Assembly (NCBI RefSeq): GCF_024700885.2
Contig: NZ_CP117016.1
Strand: one strand, 5' to 3'
Length of the DNA: 64,000 bases
From: Escherichia coli
GTDB lineage: Bacteria > Pseudomonadota > Gammaproteobacteria > Enterobacterales > Enterobacteriaceae
The stretch's first letter is position 1. Every line of letters starts with the position of its first letter. Below, in pieces: positions 54,235 to 64,000 of the stretch. Position numbers and translations under genes: made by a program. Below the pieces are notes generated by a model that worked only from the letters and a program-made list of their open reading frames with translations, ran no database searches and was not told the DNA's origin.

Positions 54235-55404
54235 ATGCTGGAGTTGTTGTTTCTGCTTTTGCCTGTAGCCGCTGCCTATGGCTGGTATATGGGCCGCAGA
54301 AGTGCGCAACAAAACAAGCAAGATGAAGCCAACCGCTTGTCGCGTGATTACGTAGCGGGGGTTAATTTTCTGCTTAGTAATCAACAGGATAAAGCGGTAG
54401 ACCTGTTTCTCGATATGCTTAAAGAGGATACGGGTACTGTTGAAGCCCACCTTACGCTCGGAAACCTGTTCCGTTCGCGTGGCGAAGTTGATCGCGCTAT
54501 TCGCATCCATCAGACCCTAATGGAAAGCGCCTCGCTGACCTATGAACAGCGTCTGTTGGCGATTCAACAACTGGGGCGTGATTACATGGCCGCCGGGTTA
54601 TACGACCGCGCGGAAGACATGTTCAATCAACTGACCGATGAAACTGACTTCCGCATTGGCGCGCTGCAACAGTTGCTACAAATCTACCAGGCTACCAGCG
54701 AGTGGCAGAAAGCAATTGATGTTGCCGAACGCCTGGTGAAGCTGGGTAAAGATAAGCAGCGCGTCGAAATTGCTCATTTCTACTGCGAGTTAGCCCTACA
54801 GCATATGGCCAGCGACGATCTCGATCGTGCCATGGCCTTGTTAAAAAAAGGTGCGGCGGCAGATAAAAACAGCGCCCGCGTATCCATCATGATGGGACGC
54901 GTATTTATGGCGAAAGGAGAATACGCCAAAGCCGTCGAAAGTCTGCAACGCGTGATATCCCAGGACAGAGAACTGGTCAGCGAAACGCTGGAAATGCTGC
55001 AAACCTGCTACCAGCAGTTGGGTAAAACTGCCGAATGGGCAGAGTTCCTGCAGCGCGCGGTGGAAGAGAACACCGGTGCCGATGCTGAACTGATGCTTGC
55101 GGATATCATCGAAGCGCGCGATGGTAGTGAGGCCGCACAGGTCTATATTACGCGTCAACTTCAGCGTCATCCGACCATGCGTGTGTTCCATAAGCTAATG
55201 AATTACCACTTAAATGAAGCGGAAAAAGGGCGTGCCAAAGAGAGTCTGATGGTGCTGCGTGACATGGTTGGCGAGAAGGTGCGTAGTAAGCCTCGTTATC
55301 GCTGCCAGAAATGTGGTTTTACCGCATACACCCTCTACTGGCATTGTCCGTCTTGTCGGGCTTGGTCAACCATTAAACCGATTCGCGGTCTTGATGGCCT
55401 GTAA
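54235..55404 (+). CDS. lapB: LPS assembly protein LapB (YciM), TPR repeats plus rubredoxin-like Zn finger
   Basis: 389 aa; C-terminal CQKCGF...CPSC. Confidence 0.95.
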   Translation: MLELLFLLLPVAAAYGWYMGRRSAQQNKQDEANRLSRDYVAGVNFLLSNQQDKAVDLFLDMLKEDTGTVEAHLTLGNLFRSRGEVDRAIRIHQTLMESASLTYEQRLLAIQQLGRDYMAAGLYDRAEDMFNQLTDETDFRIGALQQLLQIYQATSEWQKAIDVAERLVKLGKDKQRVEIAHFYCELALQHMASDDLDRAMALLKKGAAADKNSARVSIMMGRVFMAKGEYAKAVESLQRVISQDRELVSETLEMLQTCYQQLGKTAEWAEFLQRAVEENTGADAELMLADIIEARDGSEAAQVYITRQLQRHPTMRVFHKLMNYHLNEAEKGRAKESLMVLRDMVGEKVRSKPRYRCQKCGFTAYTLYWHCPSCRAWSTIKPIRGLDGL

Positions 55405-55595
55405 TTTTTAAAAAAATCCGACTTTAGTTACAACATACTAATTATTGATGTTCCATCGTGCTCCGGTAACTCGGGCGCAGAAAAGCCTGCCAGGGGAGAA
55501 ATCGCAACTGTTAATTTTTTATTTCCACGGGTAGAATGCTCGCCGTTTACCTGTTTCGCGCCACTTCCGGTGCCCATCATCAAGAAGGTCTGGTC

Positions 55596-56333
55596 ATGAC
55601 GTTAACTGCTTCATCTTCTTCCCGCGCTGTTACGAATTCTCCTGTGGTTGTTGCCCTTGATTATCATAATCGTGATGCCGCGCTGGCCTTTGTCGACAAG
55701 ATCGACCCACGCGATTGTCGTCTGAAAGTCGGCAAAGAGATGTTTACGCTGTTTGGACCTCAATTTGTACGCGAACTTCAACAGCGTGGTTTTGATATCT
55801 TCCTCGACCTGAAATTTCACGATATTCCCAACACTGCAGCGCACGCTGTCGCTGCTGCAGCTGACTTAGGCGTGTGGATGGTGAATGTTCATGCCTCCGG
55901 AGGGGCGCGTATGATGACCGCAGCGCGTGAGGCACTGGTTCCGTTTGGCAAAGATGCACCGCTTTTGATTGCTGTGACAGTATTGACCAGCATGGAAGCC
56001 AGCGACCTGGCCGATCTTGGCATGACACTGTCACCTGCAGATTATGCAGAACGTCTGGCAGCACTGACGCAAAAATGTGGCCTTGATGGTGTGGTGTGTT
56101 CTGCTCAGGAAGCAGTGCGCTTTAAACAGGTATTTGGTCAGGAGTTCAAACTGGTTACACCGGGCATTCGTCCGCAGGGGAGTGAAGCTGGTGACCAGCG
56201 CCGCATTATGACGCCAGAACAGGCGTTGGCGGCTGGTGTTGATTATATGGTGATTGGTCGCCCGGTAACGCAATCGGTAGATCCAGCGCAAACGCTGAAA
56301 GCGATCAACGCCTCTTTACAGCGGAGTGCATGA
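55596..56333 (+). CDS. pyrF: Orotidine-5'-phosphate decarboxylase
   Basis: 245 aa from [23 protein letters not shown]. Confidence 0.95.
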   Translation: MTLTASSSSRAVTNSPVVVALDYHNRDAALAFVDKIDPRDCRLKVGKEMFTLFGPQFVRELQQRGFDIFLDLKFHDIPNTAAHAVAAAADLGVWMVNVHASGGARMMTAAREALVPFGKDAPLLIAVTVLTSMEASDLADLGMTLSPADYAERLAALTQKCGLDGVVCSAQEAVRFKQVFGQEFKLVTPGIRPQGSEAGDQRRIMTPEQALAAGVDYMVIGRPVTQSVDPAQTLKAINASLQRSA

Positions 56334-56659
56334 TGAGTGATTCCAACAGCCGTCTGGTCTACTCAACGGAAACCGGACGTATTGATGAGCCAAAAGCGGC
56401 CCCTGTACGCCCTAAAGGCGACGGTGTGGTGCGTATTCAGCGTCAGACCAGTGGACGTAAAGGTAAGGGCGTTTGCTTGATTACCGGTGTCGATCTCGAT
56501 GATGCCGAACTGACAAAACTGGCAGCGGAACTGAAGAAAAAATGCGGCTGCGGTGGGGCAGTTAAAGATGGAATTATTGAAATCCAGGGTGATAAGCGCG
56601 ATTTATTAAAATCACTGCTTGAAGCGAAAGGGATGAAGGTAAAACTCGCCGGTGGTTAA
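56333..56659 (+). CDS. yciH: SUI1/eIF1-family translation initiation factor-like protein YciH
   Basis: [20 protein letters not shown]...; ATG overlaps the pyrF stop. Confidence 0.92.
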   Translation: MSDSNSRLVYSTETGRIDEPKAAPVRPKGDGVVRIQRQTSGRKGKGVCLITGVDLDDAELTKLAAELKKKCGCGGAVKDGIIEIQGDKRDLLKSLLEAKGMKVKLAGG

Positions 56660-56665
56660 CATAAA

Positions 56666-56691
56666 AAGCCACGGATATATCCGTGGCTTTA
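56666..56691 (+). terminator. yciH terminator
   Basis: Perfect palindrome agccacggatatatccgtggct followed by tt. Confidence 0.65.
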
Positions 56692-56784
56692 GAATATTTT
56701 ACTGTGTGTATTATTCACTTATTTCGTACTGAACAGAATCAAGCGTATTATAATTGCGAGTCGATAATCGACATTTATTTACGA

Positions 56785-57003
56785 TTATTTACCGACCTGG
56801 TGACCAATAACACCACCGACGGCTGCACCACCTAATGTACCCAGCGTACTGCCATCGGTCAGTACTGCACCGCCTAATGCACCTGCACCCGCGCCAATTG
56901 CGGTGTTACGGTCTCGTTTAGACCAGTTAGAACAGGCACTCAGAGACATTGCCAGGGTAATTGCCAGAACAGCCGCGGTCATTTTTTTGCTCGTTACAAA
57001 CAT
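56785..57003 (-). CDS. osmB: Osmotically inducible lipoprotein B
   Basis: 72 aa, lipobox LSAC, Gly-rich. Confidence 0.95.
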   Translation of the reverse strand: MFVTSKKMTAAVLAITLAMSLSACSNWSKRDRNTAIGAGAGALGGAVLTDGSTLGTLGGAAVGGVIGHQVGK

Positions 57004-57271
57004 AATACTCTCTCCTGAATTTATGATTCACGGAAGTACGCTCTCTATAACTATAATAGCTAAGAATAAGCCTGGTGAAATTATTCCGTGAAATCCGCTC
57101 GCGCGCAGGGTTATATCACGCAGGTGATAATGACTTCCTGTTATATCGCTGATAATAATTTTATATGTTGAGAGTGTTAATAACAGGTAAATAGTCTTAA
57201 TTATCAACCAGGAATCATCTTAGAGCGGATGATTTGCAAAACAGCAAATCATCCGTGGAGAAGGGAAATGG

Positions 57272-58021
57272 TTAAATGTCAACGACGTGAACGGTGAGTT
57301 TACTGTGCTCAAGATGCATCAGATCGCTGGCGCGTATTTTCGAATCGGTAATCACGCGATTGAATCGCTCAACGGGGCCGATGGAGTATGAATGTACAGC
57401 ACCAAATTTCGAGCTGTCAGTCAGGACTATCGCTTCGCACTCTTTTTCCAGCACGGCATTGACCACATCGGTACGCATCATATCGCGACCGGTAAACCCA
57501 GTTTCAGGTTGCCAGCCATCAATCCCAATAAATGCTTTGCTGAAATGCACCTGTTGGATGCACTGGCGTGTCAAAGGACCAACCATACTTTCGCTTTTTT
57601 TCTGGTACACGCCACCGAGCAAAATGACTTCACAAGGCGCGTCTTTCAGCAAATGCGCGATGTAGCTGCTGACCGTGATGATCGTGACATTTTTCTTCTG
57701 CTCGCCCAGAGTCCGGGCGAGCAGGGCATTGCTGCTGCCATTTTCGATAAAGATGGTTTCGCCCGGTTGAACCAGTGACGCGGCAAACTCGGCGAGTTCA
57801 CGCTTCAGCGTATAGTTGTTCATCATACGGGTTTCGACGTCATCACTATCAAGCGAAACTGCAAAACCATGTGCACGGCGGAGGTAACTCAGTTTTTCGA
57901 GGGTGTTGAGATCCTGGCGAATGGTAACTTCAGAAACTCCAGTGGCTTTTGCCAGATCGGTTACGCTAACCTGACCCTGGTCAATGACCATCTGTAGAAT
58001 AGTTTGTTGTCGGGAATTCAT
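57272..58021 (-). CDS. yciT: DeoR-family transcriptional regulator YciT
   Basis: 249 aa, N-terminal HTH, C-terminal sugar-phosphate-binding domain. Confidence 0.93.
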   Translation of the reverse strand: MNSRQQTILQMVIDQGQVSVTDLAKATGVSEVTIRQDLNTLEKLSYLRRAHGFAVSLDSDDVETRMMNNYTLKRELAEFAASLVQPGETIFIENGSSNALLARTLGEQKKNVTIITVSSYIAHLLKDAPCEVILLGGVYQKKSESMVGPLTRQCIQQVHFSKAFIGIDGWQPETGFTGRDMMRTDVVNAVLEKECEAIVLTDSSKFGAVHSYSIGPVERFNRVITDSKIRASDLMHLEHSKLTVHVVDI

Positions 58022-58110
58022 CGCTGTAATTCTTATAACGTTATAATACTAAATAAAAAAATACTGACGCGCCGGGCATCCTCAAATAGGAAAACCTGAA
58101 GGCACGATTG

Positions 58111-58284
58111 TTAAATCTCCCACGGTGCCTTCGGGATGTCTGGCGTAGATTCAGCAACCTGGCGCAAGAGTTCTGCTTTAAGTATCTCGAGATTATGGAT
58201 CGCAGAGTGGTAATCGCCTGCCACAAGGATATCTAACACAATATCAATACGTTCGGCAACGCGCTGGGCATCAAATTCAGACAT
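58111..58284 (-). CDS. yciZ: Small protein YciZ
   Basis: 57 aa from [40 protein letters not shown]. Confidence 0.85.
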
Positions 58285-58430
58285 CAAGGACATCCTTATA
58301 GCAAAAGGGGAAAATGAATAATGCAAAAATTGCCGCTAAAAGAGAAGTGTTTAACAGCAACGGCTAATTATCATCCGGGAATACGATATATAATGACGGA
58401 ATATAGCGCTAAGTATATATATTCATCTAC

Positions 58431-60416
58431 TTATGCGCGCTTCAGATAGCGTTTATACCAGCGTTCAAAGGCGACGGCGGGCATCGGTTTGGCAAACAAA
58501 AATCCTTGCCGCTCATTGATCCCGTTCTTGGTTAAAAAAGCATCTTCCTTTTTACTCTCCACTCCTTCAGCGATCACCTGAAGATTCAATGCCTGGGCCA
58601 CAGCGACGATCGCCCGGACCAGCGACTGTGAGACAGGTTGTTTGTGAATATCTCGAACAAAAACCTGGTCAAGTTTAATCGCATCGATCGGAAAGCGCGC
58701 CAGTTGCGAAAGTGAAGAGTAGCCGGTACCAAAATCGTCCAGATGCACTTGCGCACCTAGTTGGCTAAATTGTTGAATAACAGAAAGTGCCAGTTCATCA
58801 TTCTCAATCAGGCAGCTCTCCGTCAGTTCAACATCAATAGGGCAGTATTCAAAATTGAGTTCCTGGAGAACCTGTTTCAGGGCGGTGAAAATGGTTTGAT
58901 CGGCGAGCTGACGTGCAGAAATGTTTACCGCCACTCGCAGGTTAATACCTTTATCCCGCCACTTTGCCACCTGGCGTACGACATCGAGAATCACCCAACG
59001 GCCTAAAGGCACAATTAGCCCTGACTCTTCGGCGTAGGAAATGAAGTCCAACGGTGGAATCAACCCACGTTCAGGTGACTGCCAACGTACTAGTGCTTCC
59101 AGACTGCGCACTTCGCCACGCCAGGTGATTTTCGGTTGATAGTGAATAACCAACTGATCGTTTTCCAGTGCTTTACGCAAGTTGGTATCCAGCCAGAGAT
59201 ATTCAAATACCCGCTGATTCATTTCTGGAGTAAAAACGCAAAATTGTCCTCGTCCGCCTTCCTTCGCTGTGTACATTGCTGTGTCGGCGTGACGAATAAT
59301 AGCCGCGCTGTCCGAACCATGTTCGGGAGAGAGTGAAATACCCACTGAACAGCTGGTATAAACTTCAATTAAACCAATGCGGAAGGGGAGTCGTAAGCGA
59401 GTCAAAATTCGTGATGCCATTGCTTCCAGCGCGCTTTGTGAGGTATTGGATGCCAGTACCAGAAACTCATCGCCACCTGGACGCGCCAACACCTGATCAT
59501 GTTCGAGACAGCTTAAAATGGCCAATGACACGTCGCGTAATAGCTGGTCACCAAACAAATGCCCATAAGCGTCGTTGACCTTTTTAAAATTATCCAAATC
59601 AAGATACACAACCCCAACTTTATTGTTATCTGCCTGATTAATGGCGTGATCGATTAACTCCTGCATTGCGTTACGATTCGGCAGTCCGGTGATACTGTCG
59701 GTATTTGCCAGAATACGCAGTCGCTCCTGAGCGCGGCGCTCTTCGGTAATGTCGGTGCCGGAACAGATTAAAAAAATCTCGTTCTTGCCACTGCCGCTGT
59801 GGACAAATTTATTGCGAAACAGAAACAGCCGCTGGCCTTTACGTGTTGGTATCCACAGTTCGACTTCATATGCATTGCCGCTTCGAAAAAATACACGGTT
59901 ATTACGCCTGGATGCCGCAGCTTCACGACGGCTCATAAACAGTTTAAACACGCTTTGCCCAATTACGTCATGTTCTTTCAACCCTGTGTAATCTTCACAT
60001 AACCGATTGAAGCGTTGGATATTCCCCCGGCTGTCGAGAATCACTATTGCGGAATGTGCTTCAGAAACTACCTGCTCAGCAAAGGAAAGCCCGTGTGATA
60101 AATCACGAGCAACTGCTGGTGTGTCATGCCATGCAGACGCGTTGCCAGCCCATTCCCGTTTATTGATTTTTCGTCCTACCAGATGCACAGAAAGATCGCT
60201 TTCATCGACGGTCAGACTCATCATCAGGCTGGAGGTGATGACCGTCATTTCCCTGATGCGAGCAGCCTGTTCGGCAGATAACTGCAACGTACGTTCAGGT
60301 TCTGTGGTTTCGGTGGTAGAAAAGCGCAAAACATCGCTGCTTTCCGTTAACCGCCAGTATGGATTGTGCGATCCGAGAAAGTTGTACAACGTTGTGGACT
60401 CCCTAACGGTTTTCAT
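58431..60416 (-). CDS. pdeR: Cyclic-di-GMP phosphodiesterase PdeR (Gmr/YciR), PAS-GGDEF-EAL
   Basis: 661 aa; GGDEF-domain region and EAL region recognisable; K-12 synteny. Confidence 0.95.
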   Translation of the reverse strand: MKTVRESTTLYNFLGSHNPYWRLTESSDVLRFSTTETTEPERTLQLSAEQAARIREMTVITSSLMMSLTVDESDLSVHLVGRKINKREWAGNASAWHDTPAVARDLSHGLSFAEQVVSEAHSAIVILDSRGNIQRFNRLCEDYTGLKEHDVIGQSVFKLFMSRREAAASRRNNRVFFRSGNAYEVELWIPTRKGQRLFLFRNKFVHSGSGKNEIFLICSGTDITEERRAQERLRILANTDSITGLPNRNAMQELIDHAINQADNNKVGVVYLDLDNFKKVNDAYGHLFGDQLLRDVSLAILSCLEHDQVLARPGGDEFLVLASNTSQSALEAMASRILTRLRLPFRIGLIEVYTSCSVGISLSPEHGSDSAAIIRHADTAMYTAKEGGRGQFCVFTPEMNQRVFEYLWLDTNLRKALENDQLVIHYQPKITWRGEVRSLEALVRWQSPERGLIPPLDFISYAEESGLIVPLGRWVILDVVRQVAKWRDKGINLRVAVNISARQLADQTIFTALKQVLQELNFEYCPIDVELTESCLIENDELALSVIQQFSQLGAQVHLDDFGTGYSSLSQLARFPIDAIKLDQVFVRDIHKQPVSQSLVRAIVAVAQALNLQVIAEGVESKKEDAFLTKNGINERQGFLFAKPMPAVAFERWYKRYLKRA

Positions 60417-60649
60417 GATGCATATCCTCCGGTTAACAGCGGAGTCCGCGGTTAAATAAAAGGAACAACATGACTTACATGAAATTAACGGCGGCTAAAC
60501 GCATTGTTTTTTTATATATTTATTTGTAATCCAGTTTTGGAAAAACGCCAGTTTTCAAACGAAAGTCAGTTAAAAATCTGCCGGGATATGACGAAGGTGG
60601 AGCGGGGAAATAAACGGCCCATTCATGAGGAATGGGCCGTGAAAGGAGA

Positions 60650-62584
60650 TTACGCGACCGGGCGCGCAATAATGCTGCGGGTTTCCATGCGGACTTCGGC
60701 AATGGTGACGTCAATAACGTCAGTCACTTTGTAAGCCGTTTCACCTTTAATTTGTACAGTGCCGTTTTCCTGGCTGCAAACCAGTTCATCGCGCACAGCG
60801 TGTAAGAAAGGTGCCGGAATAAAGGCGATAGCGCCGTTATCAACCAAACGCACACGCATGCCGCCACGGCTGATATCGACAATTTCCGCCGCGAAACGGG
60901 TGTCGGTCCCGGCTTTGTCTTTCAGGAAGCGTGCGTATAACCAGTCGCCAACATCACGTTCTGCCATTCGGTTGAGACGGCGACGCTCGGCCATTTGGAC
61001 AGTGATTTCATCCTGCGGACGCGTCGCAGTTTCGCCTTTGATAACCGCTTTCAGCAGACGGTGGTTGATCATGTCGCCATATTTACGGATCGGCGAAGTC
61101 CAGGTGGCGTATGACTCCAGACCGAGGCCAAAGTGAGGACCGGGTTCAGTGCTAATTTCAGCAAATGACTGGAAGCGACGAATGCGGCTGTCGAGGAAAC
61201 CAGTTGGTTGCGCATCCAGTTCACGACGCAGTTTGCAGAAACCGTCCAGCGTGAGCACTTCTTCGGCATCGACATGCAGACCGTGGGTTTTCAGCAACGC
61301 TGCCAGCGCGTCGGCATTCGCCGGATCAAAGCCCATATGCACGTTATAGATGCCAAAACCGAGCTTATCGCGCAGTACGCGGGCCGCACAAATGTTAGCG
61401 GCAATCATCGCTTCTTCGACGATACGATTGGCAATGCGACGAGGCTCGGCGACGATATCCAGCACTTCACCTTTTTCACCGAGAATAAAGCGGTAATCCG
61501 GGCGATCTTTAAATACCAGTGCGTGGTTATGACGCCACTCACCGCGGCGTTGGCAAATTTGCGCTAACAAACGGACTTGTTCGGCAATTGCTTCACTTTC
61601 AGGCTGCCAGTCACCGGTATTTTCCAGCCAGTCAGAGACCTGGTCATACACCAGCTTCGCTTTGGATTCGATGGTGGCGGCAAAGAATTCGATATTATCT
61701 TCAATGGTGCCATCAGCGGAGAGCGTCATGCGGCATGCCAGTACCGGGCGGACTTCATTGGCGCGCAGTGAGCAGAGATCGTCCGAAAGCTCACGAGGCA
61801 GCATAGGGATGTTGAAGCCAGGCAGATAGTTGGTGAATGCGCGAATTTTCGCGGCTTTGTCCAGCTTGCTGCCTTCAGCAATCCACGCGGTTGGATCGGC
61901 AATCGCCACAATCAGCTGAAGTTTGTCATCCGGCAACGCCTTAGCGAAAAGGGCGTCATCCATATCTTCTGTGCTGGCACTGTCGATGGTGACAAAATCC
62001 AGCGCGGTCAGATCTTCACGAACCAGACCTTCATCGAGCATTTCGGTAGCGACGCCGTCTGGTGCTTCTTTTTCCAGATTATGGCGCGCAAGAGTAACCC
62101 ACCACGGTACAAAGTGGTCGTCACCAAAAGTGATGTATTGTGTCAGTTCAGCATAGAAAGAACGATCGCCTTTCAGCGGATGACGGCGCATTTCGGCAAC
62201 CGCCCAGTCGCCTTCTTTAAACTCGTGGTTCAGGCCACGGGCTGCGCGGCAAGGAATGGCGTCTTTTAAGAGTGGATGATCAGGAACGATGGCCAGACGG
62301 TCATTTTTGCCCTGAACTTTACCCACGAAACGAGTCAGGAACGGTTCAACCAGTTCTTCTGGCTCTGCGGATTCACGTTCTTTTTCACTGTGGATCACCG
62401 CGATAATTCGGTCGCCATGCATGACTTTTTTCATCTGCGGCGGCGGAATGAAATAACTTTTTTGCGCGTCGACTTCCAGGAAGCCAAAGCCTTTTTCTGT
62501 GGCTTTTACCACCCCTTCAGCGCGTGGCGTCTGGGAATGCAGTTGCTGTTTAAGCTGCGCTAGCAGCGGGTTGTCCTGAAACAT
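60650..62584 (-). CDS. rnb: Exoribonuclease II
   Basis: 644 aa, [41 protein letters not shown] catalytic and S1 domains. Confidence 0.97.
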   Translation of the reverse strand: MFQDNPLLAQLKQQLHSQTPRAEGVVKATEKGFGFLEVDAQKSYFIPPPQMKKVMHGDRIIAVIHSEKERESAEPEELVEPFLTRFVGKVQGKNDRLAIVPDHPLLKDAIPCRAARGLNHEFKEGDWAVAEMRRHPLKGDRSFYAELTQYITFGDDHFVPWWVTLARHNLEKEAPDGVATEMLDEGLVREDLTALDFVTIDSASTEDMDDALFAKALPDDKLQLIVAIADPTAWIAEGSKLDKAAKIRAFTNYLPGFNIPMLPRELSDDLCSLRANEVRPVLACRMTLSADGTIEDNIEFFAATIESKAKLVYDQVSDWLENTGDWQPESEAIAEQVRLLAQICQRRGEWRHNHALVFKDRPDYRFILGEKGEVLDIVAEPRRIANRIVEEAMIAANICAARVLRDKLGFGIYNVHMGFDPANADALAALLKTHGLHVDAEEVLTLDGFCKLRRELDAQPTGFLDSRIRRFQSFAEISTEPGPHFGLGLESYATWTSPIRKYGDMINHRLLKAVIKGETATRPQDEITVQMAERRRLNRMAERDVGDWLYARFLKDKAGTDTRFAAEIVDISRGGMRVRLVDNGAIAFIPAPFLHAVRDELVCSQENGTVQIKGETAYKVTDVIDVTIAEVRMETRSIIARPVA

Positions 62585-62651
62585 AATTGTCTATTTTGGT
62601 GGCCATTAGAGCGGCTGACAGTTTTACGCGAATCTGTCTGACGCGGCAAGG

Positions 62652-63779
62652 TTAATATGTCTCACCCAACGCGATTTTTAAGCGATTTATCCAGCCACAC
62701 AGCCCGCTCCATACCAGCAGATTAATAATCTGCGTTGATGATTTTTCGTGTTCGAGTAATGGGCTGAACTGGGCGGCGCTAAAGCGATCGGGTGCTCGGG
62801 TCAGCCATTGTATCGCCTGAACGGTAGCGCGCTCAACAGAATGACGGTCAGCCCATTGGTTAATTTCATTTTCGCCCTTGCGCAGAAGGGGGCTGATTTT
62901 TTTATATTCATTCGATGAATTCATACAGGCGGCAAAACAAGCAGGACTGCCATTAATACGCGCGCATAACAACGCCGCAAGCAGGTTACCCGGCTGTGTT
63001 TTAACCCGAGTGCTGTTTAACAACATTTCGAGAAGGGAAAGTGAAATAGGGTGGAGAGAGAGTGTTTCGGTCAGTTGGCAAAGTTCTGCAGTCGAACTTT
63101 TTGTGTACTCTTCAGGAAGTTTTTCCACCTCATAGCTGCTTCGCCAGCGTATTGATTCATCAGCAAACAGTGACGCGTCGGCGTAGTTTTGTATCTCCAG
63201 ACCTGGTAACCAGCGTACCGGATGCCCGAGATAAGCCTGAAATGTCGCAATTGTCCGCGCCTGAAAGCCAATAAAACCAATGATTTGGTTAATGATTACA
63301 CAGTCCCAGGCAGTAAGACCGACGTCATTCAGATGTTGGCGCGATCGGTTGTCGATAATAGAAGGCGAGCTGGCCAGTTGGCGGGCATATTGCGTGATTT
63401 GTGCCAACCGATGATTACTTTCCCTGGAGGAATCAGGCCCGGGGAGCGGCGTAAGTCGCGCCGAATAGTAGTTACATAACCGCTGGACGCCGCAAACCTG
63501 AGCAACCGTCAGGGCCGTCGACAAGCGTTCATAAGCGTTGAAGGTCTGTGAACGGGTCACGGTAAGCTGGTCAGGGAATAACTCCGCTGCAAGAACACGC
63601 GCAGGGTCCAGCCATGAAAGGAAGGGGGCCAGCGTTTTTTCATCAAGGATCACGTCGAGCAGAAAGGGATCGCTAACCTTTGCGGCTTCCGGGACCAGAG
63701 GCAGAACGTCATTCTCCGCAGTACTGGATTGCGTTTCATGATACCAGTGGCTTTTGCCGGTGATGTGGCGTTGTTCCAT
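62652..63779 (-). CDS. yciW: YciW, predicted oxidoreductase
   Basis: 375 aa from [19 protein letters not shown]; the longer ORF-track start is rejected. Confidence 0.9.
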   Translation of the reverse strand: MEQRHITGKSHWYHETQSSTAENDVLPLVPEAAKVSDPFLLDVILDEKTLAPFLSWLDPARVLAAELFPDQLTVTRSQTFNAYERLSTALTVAQVCGVQRLCNYYSARLTPLPGPDSSRESNHRLAQITQYARQLASSPSIIDNRSRQHLNDVGLTAWDCVIINQIIGFIGFQARTIATFQAYLGHPVRWLPGLEIQNYADASLFADESIRWRSSYEVEKLPEEYTKSSTAELCQLTETLSLHPISLSLLEMLLNSTRVKTQPGNLLAALLCARINGSPACFAACMNSSNEYKKISPLLRKGENEINQWADRHSVERATVQAIQWLTRAPDRFSAAQFSPLLEHEKSSTQIINLLVWSGLCGWINRLKIALGETY

Positions 63780-63922
63780 GGGCGCTCCTTGGTCGTAAAG
63801 GAAATCGTTATCCTGACGCAAGGCGGGAAGGGGAGAAAGACGGATCGGCGATAACAAATATCAGAAAGGTATAACAGAGATAACGGGCGGCAGAACGCCG
63901 CCCATCTTTACCAACAGAACGA

Positions 63923-64000
63923 TTATTTCAGTTCGAGTTCGTTCATTGCAGCAATGCTGAAACCGCCGTCAACGTGGACCACTTCACCGGAGATACCGGC
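63923..64000 (-). CDS. fabI: Enoyl-ACP reductase FabI, 3' end only (continues beyond the window)
   Basis: Minus strand encodes ...AGISGEVVHVDGGFSIAAMNELELK*. Confidence 0.9.
   Translation of the reverse strand, partial: AGISGEVVHVDGGFSIAAMNELELK

Overview
The window has two parts. Positions 1 to about 26,690 are the right (late-gene) arm of an integrated lambdoid prophage, running off the left edge. It has HK97-type head genes (large terminase, a prohead protease-major capsid fusion, then a portal with a long repeat-bearing C-terminal extension) and a lambda-type tail block (V, G/GT with a -1 frameshift, H, M, L, K, I, J, lom, stf, tfa). Downstream is a Mu/e14-style invertible tail-fibre segment with a truncated invertase, then a cargo region with a SAM-methyltransferase gene flanked by direct repeats. 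The prophage ends inside the 3' end of ompW, whose last 38 codons remain at the junction. The rest (about 26.7 to 64 kb) is E. coli-type core chromosome: yciEFG, the trp operon with leader and attenuator, trpH-yciO-yciQ-rluB, btuR-yciK, sohB, yciN, topA, cysB, ymiA, yciX, acnA, ribA, pgpB, lapAB, pyrF, yciH, osmB, yciT, yciZ, pdeR, rnb, yciW and the 3' end of fabI. The one interruption of this backbone is an AT-rich two-gene islet (predicted lipoprotein plus a small protein) between rluB and btuR, which I rate the best candidate for something undescribed. No rRNA, tRNA or CRISPR array was seen. All calls come from reading the sequence and ORF translations against remembered protein families; no database search was run, and GC content is judged by eye.
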